Of a stretch of 64,000 bases of DNA, positions 20,073 to 29,337 are shown in pieces. The translations under genes were made by a program, and so were the position numbers. Every line of letters begins with the position of its first letter. Positions within the stretch are counted from its first letter, which is position 1. The DNA is taken from the IMG/VR virus record IMGVR_UViG_2778261161_000002; one strand, given 5' to 3'. A model generated the notes under the pieces. That model was not told where the DNA came from and searched no databases. It saw only the letters and a list, made by a program, of their open reading frames with translations. The stretch is from a virus. Lineage: Duplodnaviria > Heunggongvirae > Uroviricota > Caudoviricetes.

Positions 20073-20273
20073 TTGCGTTTACTTAACGTGGCAGAACTTA
20101 TCCCTGCAGGAACTAATGCTATCGCTCGTCGTCGCTCATGGCAGCAGGCTCTATGTATTGAGATCTCGAAACGTATCAATGGAAGTTTTGAAGCTCGCAA
20201 TATTGTTACTGGCGATAAGGTTCACATAACCCCGGAAAGTGCAAGCGCTGATGATTGGGAGTTTGTGCATTGA
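20073..20273 (+). CDS. Small hypothetical protein
   Basis: ORF track. Confidence 0.35.
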   Translation: MRLLNVAELIPAGTNAIARRRSWQQALCIEISKRINGSFEARNIVTGDKVHITPESASADDWEFVH

Positions 20274-20569
20274 GCAAAAAATATCATGTGAGTCTGGCGT
20301 TCGCTGACGATGCGGGGAGGACGCGGAGTATCACGTTGAGCACGCCGGTTAAGGCTGTGACAGCGCCGTTAATCCGTGAAGCTCTCAGAGAGCTGGAATT
20401 GGGGGAAAACTCGGCACTGTTGTCGGTTAGTTGGTTAGGGAAAATGTCAGAGAAACAATACGTGGATGGAGTTACCCCAATAACAGTAATGAGGCTACTT
20501 TCATTGCTGCAATGGGCCATCGTACCTGTATTTATCGCGTATCTTATTTATCAGGCTGCAACACAGTAA
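20255..20569 (+). CDS. Small hypothetical protein with C-terminal TM helix
   Basis: ORF track; LLSLLQWAIVPVFIAYLIYQ. Confidence 0.4.
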   Translation: MGVCALSKKYHVSLAFADDAGRTRSITLSTPVKAVTAPLIREALRELELGENSALLSVSWLGKMSEKQYVDGVTPITVMRLLSLLQWAIVPVFIAYLIYQAATQ

Positions 20570-20575
20570 TTGCAT

Positions 20576-20603
20576 AAAAACCCGCCAATTAGCGGGTTTT
20601 TTG
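20576..20603 (+). terminator. Rho-independent terminator CCCGC-caatta-GCGGG + T6
   Basis: Read directly. Confidence 0.75.
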
Positions 20604-20644
20604 TTTATTGCATCTTCCGATACCGTCATCAAACTAATAAAATA

Positions 20645-20653
20645 TGTTAGAAA
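20645..20653 (-). promoter_or_regulatory. Operator-like motif (copy 4)
   Basis: atatGTTAGAAAAct upstream of ORF 20668. Confidence 0.5.
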
Positions 20654-20667
20654 ACTAATTTAACAAA

Positions 20668-21795
20668 GTGACGGGAACAGCAATGAGTCAACACACTGAT
20701 ACTTCTAATCTGGAAATTATCTCGACAGCAATTGAAACGCTGCGCACACAAATCGCTCTTATACAGAAACGGAATCCGGGTGATGACCTGTCAAAGCGAC
20801 TGCACGAGAGTGTCATTGCCACTACAGATAACCTGGTGGCGGAAATCAACAAGCTGCTTGATGATGGGGCAGTTGATTACAATAAGCTGGTGGATCAGTT
20901 TGAGGAATACCAACAAGCTGTTAATGATGGCTTGATCCGTTTTTCACAAGTCACAGGCGTATCAGCGACAGTTGAAAGCCTGGGTGATGCAGTTAATCAA
21001 TTTGCCGCGAATATGCGTAATGAGATCGGCAATCTGGAAGCGCGTCTTGAACAGGCAAATACACTGCGTAAATCTGCCGAAGCCGATTTGAACCGTTACA
21101 AAAAAGACTATCCGCCCAGCCTGACAAAGCGGCTGGATGTTGCGGAGAAGGATAACCGCGCGCTGAAAAGAGAGCGCCGGGAACTAAAAGAGCGTTTAAC
21201 CAAGCTCAATCAGCAATGCATTGATTATCAAGGCGAAGGCGTCACACTGCGTAAAAAGTTAGCTACAGCGCAGAGCATTATCGAAACATTAAAGCGAGAG
21301 TGCTCACAGCTTGGTCACGATCTGAACCGTGCTTGTGGCATGGGACAAAGACCAGAGACATTTCCACTCATGTATGATGGGCGGGATGCCATTGCCTACA
21401 TCCATGAGTATCCGCACGGCCTGGTTGCGGAAACTGGGCAGCGTGGCGAAGCACTGCTGACGGCTAATTACCATCAACAAATCAGAACCAATCGCCTGTT
21501 AACGATGGATGTGATCCCATCGGTATGGGGAACGCCGCTTTACTATCGCCTGCCGGGCTTCGAAAAGGACTGGAATACCGACATAGACGAATGTCTCGCA
21601 GATAAAATTATGGCGTACCTGGAGACGGATTTTCCGCGCTTATATCGCCGGATTATGGACTCTAAGGATGCGCCAATCGATGAATTAAAAATGCGTCCGG
21701 AGACGCTGGAGGCAATCAAGCAGACGGAGTTTGATACTGTATTCAGTGTGGCCTGCATTCCAAGCTGTTTCCATGAAAGCATCCCGTTCATGTAA
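20668..21795 (+). CDS. Hypothetical coiled-coil protein, 375 aa
   Basis: ORF track. Confidence 0.5.
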   Translation: MTGTAMSQHTDTSNLEIISTAIETLRTQIALIQKRNPGDDLSKRLHESVIATTDNLVAEINKLLDDGAVDYNKLVDQFEEYQQAVNDGLIRFSQVTGVSATVESLGDAVNQFAANMRNEIGNLEARLEQANTLRKSAEADLNRYKKDYPPSLTKRLDVAEKDNRALKRERRELKERLTKLNQQCIDYQGEGVTLRKKLATAQSIIETLKRECSQLGHDLNRACGMGQRPETFPLMYDGRDAIAYIHEYPHGLVAETGQRGEALLTANYHQQIRTNRLLTMDVIPSVWGTPLYYRLPGFEKDWNTDIDECLADKIMAYLETDFPRLYRRIMDSKDAPIDELKMRPETLEAIKQTEFDTVFSVACIPSCFHESIPFM

Positions 21796-21893
21796 GGAGA
21801 TCGTCGTCAGGAAATCATTGACGCTTGCCGGGTATGGGCGAACGAATGGGATAAGAAGAATGGGGGGGTAGAAGATCTTTATGGGAAATAATG

Positions 21894-21902
21894 TGTTAGA
21901 AA
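21894..21902 (-). promoter_or_regulatory. Operator-like motif (copy 5)
   Basis: aatgTGTTAGAAAtcta. Confidence 0.45.
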
Positions 21903-22049
21903 TCTAAAATCACAATTCGAATGTATTGATTGTGAAGATAACTTAACATAGAATTTTCCTTGCTGGTGGGCGGTACCCACGTTTCGCTTGCTGGGCTTGA
22001 TAGTCACTTATTGGTTATTGTTCTCCCACCAGCATTTAACAAATTAAAG

Positions 22050-22058
22050 TGTTAGAAA
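22050..22058 (-). promoter_or_regulatory. Operator-like motif (copy 6)
   Basis: aagTGTTAGAAAAata. Confidence 0.45.
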
Positions 22059-23125
22059 AATATGGTAATACAAGAGCACGCTTTGGCACCGTGCAGGCCA
22101 AAGTTCAGCAGGTTTAGTGCGGAAAGTGGTTTCAGAGAGAGCACTTTGCGGAGTAAACGACAATACATGTTGAGCCACGGAAGGTCTTTTTAAGGTGTTC
22201 ATTGATGATGGTCCGGCAGAGAGTAACGGTACATGCTGTATCTAATCATCAATGCACATCTTCAACATTAAGGAGGCATAGGGATTTTTGTGGCGGTTAC
22301 CTTTTGCCCTGAGTCTCCTTAATGTTGCGGTAATGCACCTATGCGGATGTGGCCTTGCATTGTGTCTTGAAAGAATGGGGTAAGGCCGGGGATATCCCCA
22401 GGGGGAGGCACCCCCGCTGCAACGAACAGCCACAGACGGCAGTCGAGTGATGGAAACGTGTAAAGACTTTAAACCTCGTTACGGCTGGCGTGGCAAACGC
22501 GACAACCGAGACAGAGCGGTGACGGGCGGAGAGAGTGCCGCATCAAGAAAGAAGCCGACTTGTGATCCCTTTCTGCGGGCATTTGAAAGTGAATCCAGCT
22601 CAGGCAGTCGGCTTCTTTCTTGTGTGAGATGTAGCGTATTTGCCCATCTTCGGGTGGGCTTTTTTAGGGTTTTCGTCATGGTTAGCGACTTTGCGGCGGT
22701 TTAGAAACCGACCATTAAAGTAAATGCAAACGATGATCTGATGATGGTAGCGGCCTAAGAAGCCTGACGCCACGGGGTATGAGTCGTCCCCCGTCAAAAA
22801 ATCGACCGCAGAGTGTCCCCGTCTGTGTATTAGGGAACGGGGAGGCATAACAGGCAAGGGCGCTGGTGTGATTAACCAGATGAATGAGAAGGGTCAGGTC
22901 TTTCTGGTCAGCGCCCTTACCTGTTACGTCCCTCCAGCGTAACAGCCATTGCTTGATGGCACCCTGGGAGAATTTCTTGTAACGGGTAAATCCCGTCATG
23001 CTGAAGGCGCTAATCACGCTGGAAGCCAGGGTTATGCATCCCCTGTTACCGAATTGCAGCCAGGGCGCGATGCGCCGAAAAGCATACGGAGGTGGAAGCC
23101 CTCGCCGGAGACGTACCCGGCAAGT

Positions 23126-23202
23126 GATGGTGTAGCTCAGTAGGATAGAGCAGCAGCCTTCTAAGCTGTCGGTCGGTGGTTCGAATCCATCCACCATCGC
23201 CA
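23126..23202 (+). tRNA. tRNA-Arg (anticodon TCT, reads AGA)
   Basis: Manual fold: acceptor GATGGTG/CACCATC, D-arm GCTC..GAGC, anticodon loop CTTCTAA, T-arm GGTGG-TTCGAAT-CCATC, CCA encoded. Confidence 0.8.
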
Positions 23203-23204
23203 AT

Positions 23205-23279
23205 GCCGGTTTAGCTCAGTTGGTAGAGCGCCTGCCTTGTAAGCAGGATGTCAGCGGTTCGAGTCCGTTAACCGGCACC
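23205..23279 (+). tRNA. tRNA-Thr (anticodon TGT)
   Basis: Acceptor GCCGGTT/AACCGGC, anticodon loop CTTGTAA, T-loop TTCGAGT. Confidence 0.8.
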
Positions 23280-23734
23280 GACACAACAGGTAAGGGTATT
23301 TTGCGACGTCGGAGATCGCCGTGCTTGGCAGAGGGTTCGAATCCCTACGAAGTACCCTTACCGTTGTGATGAAGTGCAGCTCTTTGAAGCAACCAGAAGA
23401 TAAGCATCTGGCTTCACAACATAAACCGCATGAACGACCAATAAACGGTAGTCCGTATGGAGAACACCCCGTTGAGGAAGAGGCCTGGCCGGAACCGTAA
23501 CCGGCACTACAACGTTGAGAACACTGGCGTAACGGGGTCATATCCCAATCTATGAATAAATGTTGCGTTGCAGCGTGACAACCAGTGTTCTCAACATTGT
23601 GGTGAATGCGCAGGCTGATGCGCGAAAGACATTGCAGCTATTGCGGAAAAGAGCTGTTCGGCGGGGCAATTAAACGCCCGTGAGAGTCTGAAATAACCGC
23701 AAGCCGGAGATCAGCACCGGTCGCCACAATCAGC

Positions 23735-23821
23735 GGAGAGTAGGGGGCATGGTGCTCAAGCGGTCTTGAAAACCGTCCCATTGCGCAAGCGATGATGGTT
23801 CGATTCCATTACTCTCCGCCA
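23735..23821 (+). tRNA. Probable class II tRNA, anticodon TGA (Ser-like), long variable arm
   Basis: Acceptor GGAGAGT/ACTCTCC, anticodon arm GCGGT-CTTGAAA-ACCGT identical in loop to E. coli tRNA-Ser(UGA), T-arm GATGG-TTCGATT-CCATT, CCA; D-arm atypical. Confidence 0.55.
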
Positions 23822-24442
23822 TCGCAACGTTAAGAGTATTTGGCTAATTAAGCGAATGCCGGAAGCAGAACCGGATCATCAAATGCGTACAGGCGTCATC
23901 GCCGCCCAGCCAGCCAAGTGCTCTTACCATTGCGGTGAATGCGGCTAAGCGCACGCGGAACAGTTAAAACAATCCTCCTTAGTGGTTAAGTCAAACATCC
24001 CGGCGTTAATTGTTAACTGGTTAACGTCACCTGGAGGCACCAGGCACCGCAATCTAATAAAGTTTCAAGCAATGGGGTTTTTGTTGTCAGACTTCAGATA
24101 TAGATGGTTGTGGAAGGAGAGCCTGTACATAGTGCAGTTATTTCTTCCGCTATTTGTCTGCTTTGTCATGCTTCCTGAGCTGAAATACGCAATTTCAGAC
24201 ACTTTAAGCACTATCGTTACTTTTGTGTTTTATCTTTACTTTGATTACTTATTGAGCACTAAAATCAATGAATTATCCGAGGAAATGCAAGGTGGCTGTA
24301 AGTGATGGATTTTTGGGCGTTTGCCGATAAGAACCCTGGTTGGACATTTTTATTTTTGCTGGTGGTTGCATATGGGGTCGAGCAAGCGGCTAAAGCCTTA
24401 CGCGGTTCTGGCAAAAAGCGTAAGCGGAATTAACAGTAATCT

Positions 24443-24518
24443 GGCCCTTTAGCTCAGTGGTTAGAGCAGGCGACTCATAATCGCACGGTCACCGGTTCAA
24501 ATCCGGTAGGGGCCACCA
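24443..24518 (+). tRNA. tRNA-Ile2-like (anticodon CAT, AUA decoder) or tRNA-Met
   Basis: GGCCCTTTAGCTCAGTGGTTAGAGCAGGCGACTCATAATCGC... near-identical to E. coli ileX from memory; T-arm ACCGG-TTCAAAT-CCGGT; CCA. Confidence 0.8.
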
Positions 24519-24972
24519 TATTTGGTTGTAACACGGCGTATGGCACATGCGTCGTTAGCGGTCTGGTGTAGCTGTTAGGTACCTTACTAACACTGCATGG
24601 GCACATCAGGTAGCCGGAATGTGCAAGTCACCGCTGGAGGGATAGCGGACTCAGGGACTCACCATCCTGGCGATTCGGTGTGACAGCCGGAATAGCACGG
24701 CGCACAACAGGAAAAGGCGTTTAATTAACGCGAGCGCCGTTTCCGTTGTGGTAATTGCGGCTATGCGCTCGTGACGAAGCCATTTTCATTCACTACGTTC
24801 TGATAAGTGACGTCGCCGGGAGTGGCTAACCTGGCAGGTGGAGGCACCACCGCCACAACTCCTCTCAATTCATCATATAGCCGCTCAGGCTGTACCTCTT
24901 AATTAATACGAAGTTACGACATCACTACCGGTACTTCCGGGGGATAGTCGCGCGTGTAAAAAAGGAGACGTT

Positions 24973-25548
24973 ATGTTAATGGCGAACGATAACGCATATG
25001 CAGAAGAAGATCTCATTTTGAGTGACTTCATAGGGAAGCGGGAACGCTGGACCCAAAAGCGAGAGGAACTTTACGCCTCATTAGTTCGCAAAGGCGTCAA
25101 TATCGAAACCGCACAGAGCGGCGATATGACAGTGGTAAGCGTTGGATTGCACGGTGTAAGCGTGTCAGCAATCAATCATGAGCCATACGTTGCGTTATCC
25201 GAGTCAATGGTAAGGTTAGTTAAGTTCCTGAAGTACACAGAAGCGAATAATGTAATCATTGGCAAAAAGAATATCCCTTTTTCCTCGGCTTTTTACTGGA
25301 TGATGAAAGGGCTTGATGCCCGGCGGACATCATGGCCTAAAGGGAGCTATATATCGATGTTCCGTGGCAGCATTGGCAGCAAAGAAAAGCTCTTCGAATT
25401 CTTGCCGGAAGAGGCATTCGATATTGTGGAAGGGTGCGATGTGATGGTGATGCCTCGCCTGGTAATGATGAATGGGGATTTACAGGCGCAGACAGACTGG
25501 TTTGCAACTGGTGTGGATATTATCGCGACTGACTGGGAGGCTTTCTGA
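24973..25548 (+). CDS. DUF2829 (Tad2-like) domain protein with N-terminal extension, 191 aa
   Basis: C-terminal half FYWMMKGLDARRTSWPKGSYIS ... WFATGVDIIATDWEAF matches DUF2829 pattern. Confidence 0.5.
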   Translation: MLMANDNAYAEEDLILSDFIGKRERWTQKREELYASLVRKGVNIETAQSGDMTVVSVGLHGVSVSAINHEPYVALSESMVRLVKFLKYTEANNVIIGKKNIPFSSAFYWMMKGLDARRTSWPKGSYISMFRGSIGSKEKLFEFLPEEAFDIVEGCDVMVMPRLVMMNGDLQAQTDWFATGVDIIATDWEAF

Positions 25549-25940
25549 TGTACGGGACTACCAAATTAAGCACTCAACAGGCCACCAATATGGAGTGGTC
25601 TATCGCTAACTGTAAGATCGTGTCATGCAATGTCACGCGTACTGATGTGGGCCATAAAAGCACTATAACAGGCTATCTAGTAATGACCACCAGGGGGATG
25701 AGGGTTAGATTTCGCTGGAAAGCAGAGCAAGTAACGCCATTCAGAGAGCCATCAATGCCGCTGCAGGTTGAGCAGGATTATCTATGTTTACCAGAAATAG
25801 ATGGAGGAATGCTGGTGGAGTCTGATGGTAGTAAGGCTGATTTTGAAGCCAATTTGAAGCTGGCACAGGCCGTAATCAATAGTTATCGCGGAAAGTGGAT
25901 CGCAAAAGTGAAACATGTTGTTCGTTTGTCTCGCTGGTAG
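25548..25940 (+). CDS. Hypothetical protein, 130 aa
   Basis: ORF track; ATGA coupling. Confidence 0.45.
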   Translation: MYGTTKLSTQQATNMEWSIANCKIVSCNVTRTDVGHKSTITGYLVMTTRGMRVRFRWKAEQVTPFREPSMPLQVEQDYLCLPEIDGGMLVESDGSKADFEANLKLAQAVINSYRGKWIAKVKHVVRLSRW

Positions 25941-25961
25941 CGTTAGATATTTAATATTAAT

Positions 25962-25970
25962 TTTCTAATA
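25962..25970 (+). promoter_or_regulatory. Operator-like motif variant TTTCTAATA (copy 7)
   Basis: aatTTTCTAATAtaatc with partial inverted partner cGTTAGATA at 25941. Confidence 0.4.
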
Positions 25971-26048
25971 TAATCATCTTTTTACCAGTCTATACAGTTT
26001 TAACATTCTCATTATCATCCCCTCGGTCATTTCCTGCCCGGGGGATTA

Positions 26049-26441
26049 ATGGAACAAATCAGCAGCGCAGAAATTGCGGATATCATGATCAGGGCTGACT
26101 GCTATCTGACAGTCACTGAAATTACCACTCTCGCCAAAGAAAAATACCCTCATCTCCATGTTTCACGAGTAAGTGTAACTAACATCATTCGTCATTTTGT
26201 TCGTTCAAGCAGGGCAATCTGTGAGCTGGATGATCGTGTGTATCCACGAAAATACTGGCTACATGGTCTGAACGGATATCAGTTCAAGGTGCGCGGGCGC
26301 ACGCCTGAATACGGTAGCTTACTGGTTAAAAACTGTAGCAGGAAATCAGTCGAACAGGCGCGAAAAGAGCAACGAGAGCTGGTGGACATGGCGAATAAGC
26401 TGTGGAATGCCGCCGTTAAAAAGCGTGGTGTTGCTTTATGA
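26049..26441 (+). CDS. Hypothetical protein upstream of pacA (Lpa-like position), 130 aa
   Basis: ORF track; position immediately upstream of terminase genes. Confidence 0.4.
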   Translation: MEQISSAEIADIMIRADCYLTVTEITTLAKEKYPHLHVSRVSVTNIIRHFVRSSRAICELDDRVYPRKYWLHGLNGYQFKVRGRTPEYGSLLVKNCSRKSVEQARKEQRELVDMANKLWNAAVKKRGVAL

Positions 26442-27802
26442 GTCTGGTTAATTGGGAGGAGCACCGCGCCCGCTTTATAGCGTTGCGTGAAGAAAAAGGG
26501 ATCACTGTAAAGGAATACTGTGAGGAGCATGGCCTTAGCTTCAATACAGCCAGAAAGCATCTCAATATGAAAAAAAATGAGGTGCGGTCGCAGGTAAAGA
26601 CAACAAAAAAAAGCACCAAATCACCTGAAAAAAAACGGGCGGGAAGAGCAACAAAAAAGCTGGAAGAGGGCGCAGAAAAAACAAAATTTACAGAAATTGA
26701 CAATTCGCAGGGTGCAGGTTCTTTCCGAAGTATGCCAAGAAAGAAAACTCCGGATCATGAAAGTAATACCAATAATAACAATGAGATAAAAGAATCTGTC
26801 AGGAGATCATTGCGCGAAAAAATGGCGAAAATGATCCCCGAAGAAGATAAAAGCGCCCCAAAAATTGAGGGATCTTCAGCAATGATCCCTGGCGGTGCTG
26901 TGCAACGTGCCACATTGCCCACTACGAATGTGGCTCGCGACATGATGAAGAACGGCGCAGAAGAACACCTGCGGTTAGCAATTCAAATGGCGCAAGAGCG
27001 CGCACTTCAGTATCAAAGCATTGTTGATCAGGAGGCCGAACGTCTACAGGCGGAAATAGACGCCTTGGGCGATAAAGAGCCAGAAGGAATGCACCCTGGG
27101 CAGCGCCTTCTCGGTCTAATCAGTGACGCGGCCTACTACATGAATGATTTTATCAGTAGGTTGGCAGCTATATATCAGTCCGAACAAAAGCTGCGACAGG
27201 GGGATGAAAAGCTTCGTCAGAGCGCTCGCCAGCAAGCATTCAAAGAGGCTGAGGCCAGAGAAAAACTCGAATTAGCACGCCTACAGGCCGAACAGCGTGG
27301 CAAAGAGATTGAATATCGCATTGGCGCTGACGCACGCGCAGCCAGAGTTATCGCCGCCGCTATACGTATGCGTGAGCGCGAGGAACTGGATGATATCGGT
27401 GTTGCTGAATACATCGAGCGCCAGGGGGTCAGCGTCCCGGCTATCCTCGCGGCGCGCGCGGCGAAAGCTATCACTCTTCTCGAACCACCTGTTTCTGACG
27501 TCAATGATGTTGATGATGAACAGCTGGACAAAGAGGCAAGGGAGTTTGCGACGCTTCAGGCTAACCATCCGCAATGGCTGGCAGAGCGCCGGGCGGATGT
27601 GGCAACCATTGTTGAAGAATTGGGGTGCGGAGATTACGACCGCAATGGCGAGCGTAAAGCTGGAGAATTCGAGGCCAACGACGAAGAGCTGGATATTGAC
27701 CCTTCGGCAACGGCTGAAATTTACGGTGATTATGATGCATCTGATGCAGGGTATGACGCCGGAGATGATGATATCGCGATAGAACCGCCGGAGGATGATT
27801 AA
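26438..27802 (+). CDS. pacA: Terminase small subunit PacA-like, 454 aa, acidic C-terminus
   Basis: Position upstream of and coupled to PacB-like ATPase; basic N-terminus, acidic tail DASDAGYDAGDDDIAIEPPEDD; contains GATC cluster. Confidence 0.55.
   Translation: MSLVNWEEHRARFIALREEKGITVKEYCEEHGLSFNTARKHLNMKKNEVRSQVKTTKKSTKSPEKKRAGRATKKLEEGAEKTKFTEIDNSQGAGSFRSMPRKKTPDHESNTNNNNEIKESVRRSLREKMAKMIPEEDKSAPKIEGSSAMIPGGAVQRATLPTTNVARDMMKNGAEEHLRLAIQMAQERALQYQSIVDQEAERLQAEIDALGDKEPEGMHPGQRLLGLISDAAYYMNDFISRLAAIYQSEQKLRQGDEKLRQSARQQAFKEAEAREKLELARLQAEQRGKEIEYRIGADARAARVIAAAIRMREREELDDIGVAEYIERQGVSVPAILAARAAKAITLLEPPVSDVNDVDDEQLDKEAREFATLQANHPQWLAERRADVATIVEELGCGDYDRNGERKAGEFEANDEELDIDPSATAEIYGDYDASDAGYDAGDDDIAIEPPEDD
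26750..26890. other. Candidate pac (packaging cleavage) site: 5 GATC sites in about 135 bp
   Basis: GATC at 26753, 26805, 26833, 26871, 26884 in contexts GGATCA, AGATCA, TGATCC, GGATCT, TGATCC. Confidence 0.45.
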
Positions 27803-29310
27803 TGGCTGGAGGGCGCAAGATTAAATGCGTCACCAGCGATCCACGCTGGCGCGATATGGTAATCAAATACCGCTACAACTTTACCCAGGCTGTTGTCGAT
27901 ATTTTTGGGATGTTCCCCTCCCACCAGCAGCAGCAGATCATTCAGTCCGTGCAGGAAACGGGGAGTAGGACGACCGTCACGTCCGGACACGGAACGGGGA
28001 AGTCGTCCCTTACCGCGATGTTGCTGTTGATTTTCATGATCCTGTTCCCCGATGCCCGTGTCATCATTGTTGCTAACAAGATAGGCCAGGTAAAAACAGG
28101 CGTATTCAAATACGTTAAACAGTATTGGGCGAATGCAGTTAAGCGTCATGGGTGGTTGCAGACCTATTTTGTCCTCTCTGACACCATGTTTTATGAGCGC
28201 TCCCGTAAGGGGATTTGGGAAGTTCTCTGCAAAGGTTATCGACTCGGCAACGAAGAAGCGCTGGCGGGGGAACACGCGGCACATTTGCTTCTAATTCTGG
28301 ATGAAGCATCTGGTATATCTGATAAGGCGATCGGCGTAATGACCGGTGCTCTTACTGAAGAAGATAACCGGATGTTGATGCTATCCCAGCCAACAAGGCC
28401 AAGTGGTTATTTTTACGATTCGCACCATTCTCAAGCAAAAACCCCAGACAACCCGAAAGGGATCTGGACAGCAATTGTTCTTAACTCGGAAGAATCACCG
28501 TTCGTCACACCACAATTCATCAAGCAGAAGCTTCTGGAATATGGGGGGCGCGATTCTATTGAGTACATGGTCAAGGTGCTTGGTCAGTTCCCACGAGAAA
28601 TTAACGGCTATTTGCTTGGTCGTGATGAATGCGATCGCGCTGCTCGCCGCAAGGTGCTGTTGGAGAAAAACTGGGGATGGGTGGCAACGGCTGACGTTGG
28701 TAATGGGCGAGATAAGTCGGTCCTCAACATCTGCAAGGTATCTGGTCACAGGGATAAGCGGCGCGTTGTTAACTTTAAGGTAATGGAGATGCCTGGCACT
28801 ATGGACCCATTGGCCTTTGCTGACTTCATATATAACGAATGTACGCCGGAAAAATACCCGAATATAACAATCGCGGTTGATGCTGATGGTTTTGGTTCTG
28901 ATACGTGTGCGCAGTTGGTGCGTCGTGGTGCGAACCCGGTACGTATTCGGTGGGGAAAACCCATGTTTGCGAACAAAGACAGGGAGCGATTTGTTAATCA
29001 GCGTGCCTACGCAAATATTATGGCGCGAGATGCCATAAAGTCAGGGCGTATGCGGATAGACAGTGACCCTAAAACGGCAGAGCAAGCGTCAAAAATCCCC
29101 TTTTTACTGAATGAAGAAGGGAAAATGGCGATGATGCGCAAAGAGCACATGCGGCAAAAGCTAAACATCAAATCGCCTGACCGATGGGATACCTACTGCT
29201 TCACTATGCTGGTGGACTATGTGCCTGCTAATGAAGATATTGGTGCCGAAATGGCAACTTTCCGAGATCAGGTTCTGGCGGATATCGAAATGCCGGATCT
29301 GGATATATAA
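27802..29310 (+). CDS. pacB: Terminase large subunit PacB-like, 502 aa
   Basis: Walker A TSGHGTGKSS, Walker B LLLILDEASGI, C-terminal acidic nuclease-like region. Confidence 0.75.
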   Translation: MAGGRKIKCVTSDPRWRDMVIKYRYNFTQAVVDIFGMFPSHQQQQIIQSVQETGSRTTVTSGHGTGKSSLTAMLLLIFMILFPDARVIIVANKIGQVKTGVFKYVKQYWANAVKRHGWLQTYFVLSDTMFYERSRKGIWEVLCKGYRLGNEEALAGEHAAHLLLILDEASGISDKAIGVMTGALTEEDNRMLMLSQPTRPSGYFYDSHHSQAKTPDNPKGIWTAIVLNSEESPFVTPQFIKQKLLEYGGRDSIEYMVKVLGQFPREINGYLLGRDECDRAARRKVLLEKNWGWVATADVGNGRDKSVLNICKVSGHRDKRRVVNFKVMEMPGTMDPLAFADFIYNECTPEKYPNITIAVDADGFGSDTCAQLVRRGANPVRIRWGKPMFANKDRERFVNQRAYANIMARDAIKSGRMRIDSDPKTAEQASKIPFLLNEEGKMAMMRKEHMRQKLNIKSPDRWDTYCFTMLVDYVPANEDIGAEMATFRDQVLADIEMPDLDI

Positions 29311-29311
29311 A

Positions 29312-29328
29312 GCCCCGCGATGCGGGGC
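29312..29328. terminator. Hairpin GCCCCGC-ga-TGCGGGGC between convergent pacB and repressor-like gene
   Basis: Read directly; weak U-run. Confidence 0.45.
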
Positions 29329-29337
29329 CGGTTGTGA

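Noticed and set aside
22242-23541. Multiple 60-160 aa ORFs in the track across the tRNA cluster and its upstream region
   Set aside because: They overlap tRNA genes and structured non-coding sequence, lack ribosome-binding sites, and have odd composition; treated as spurious.
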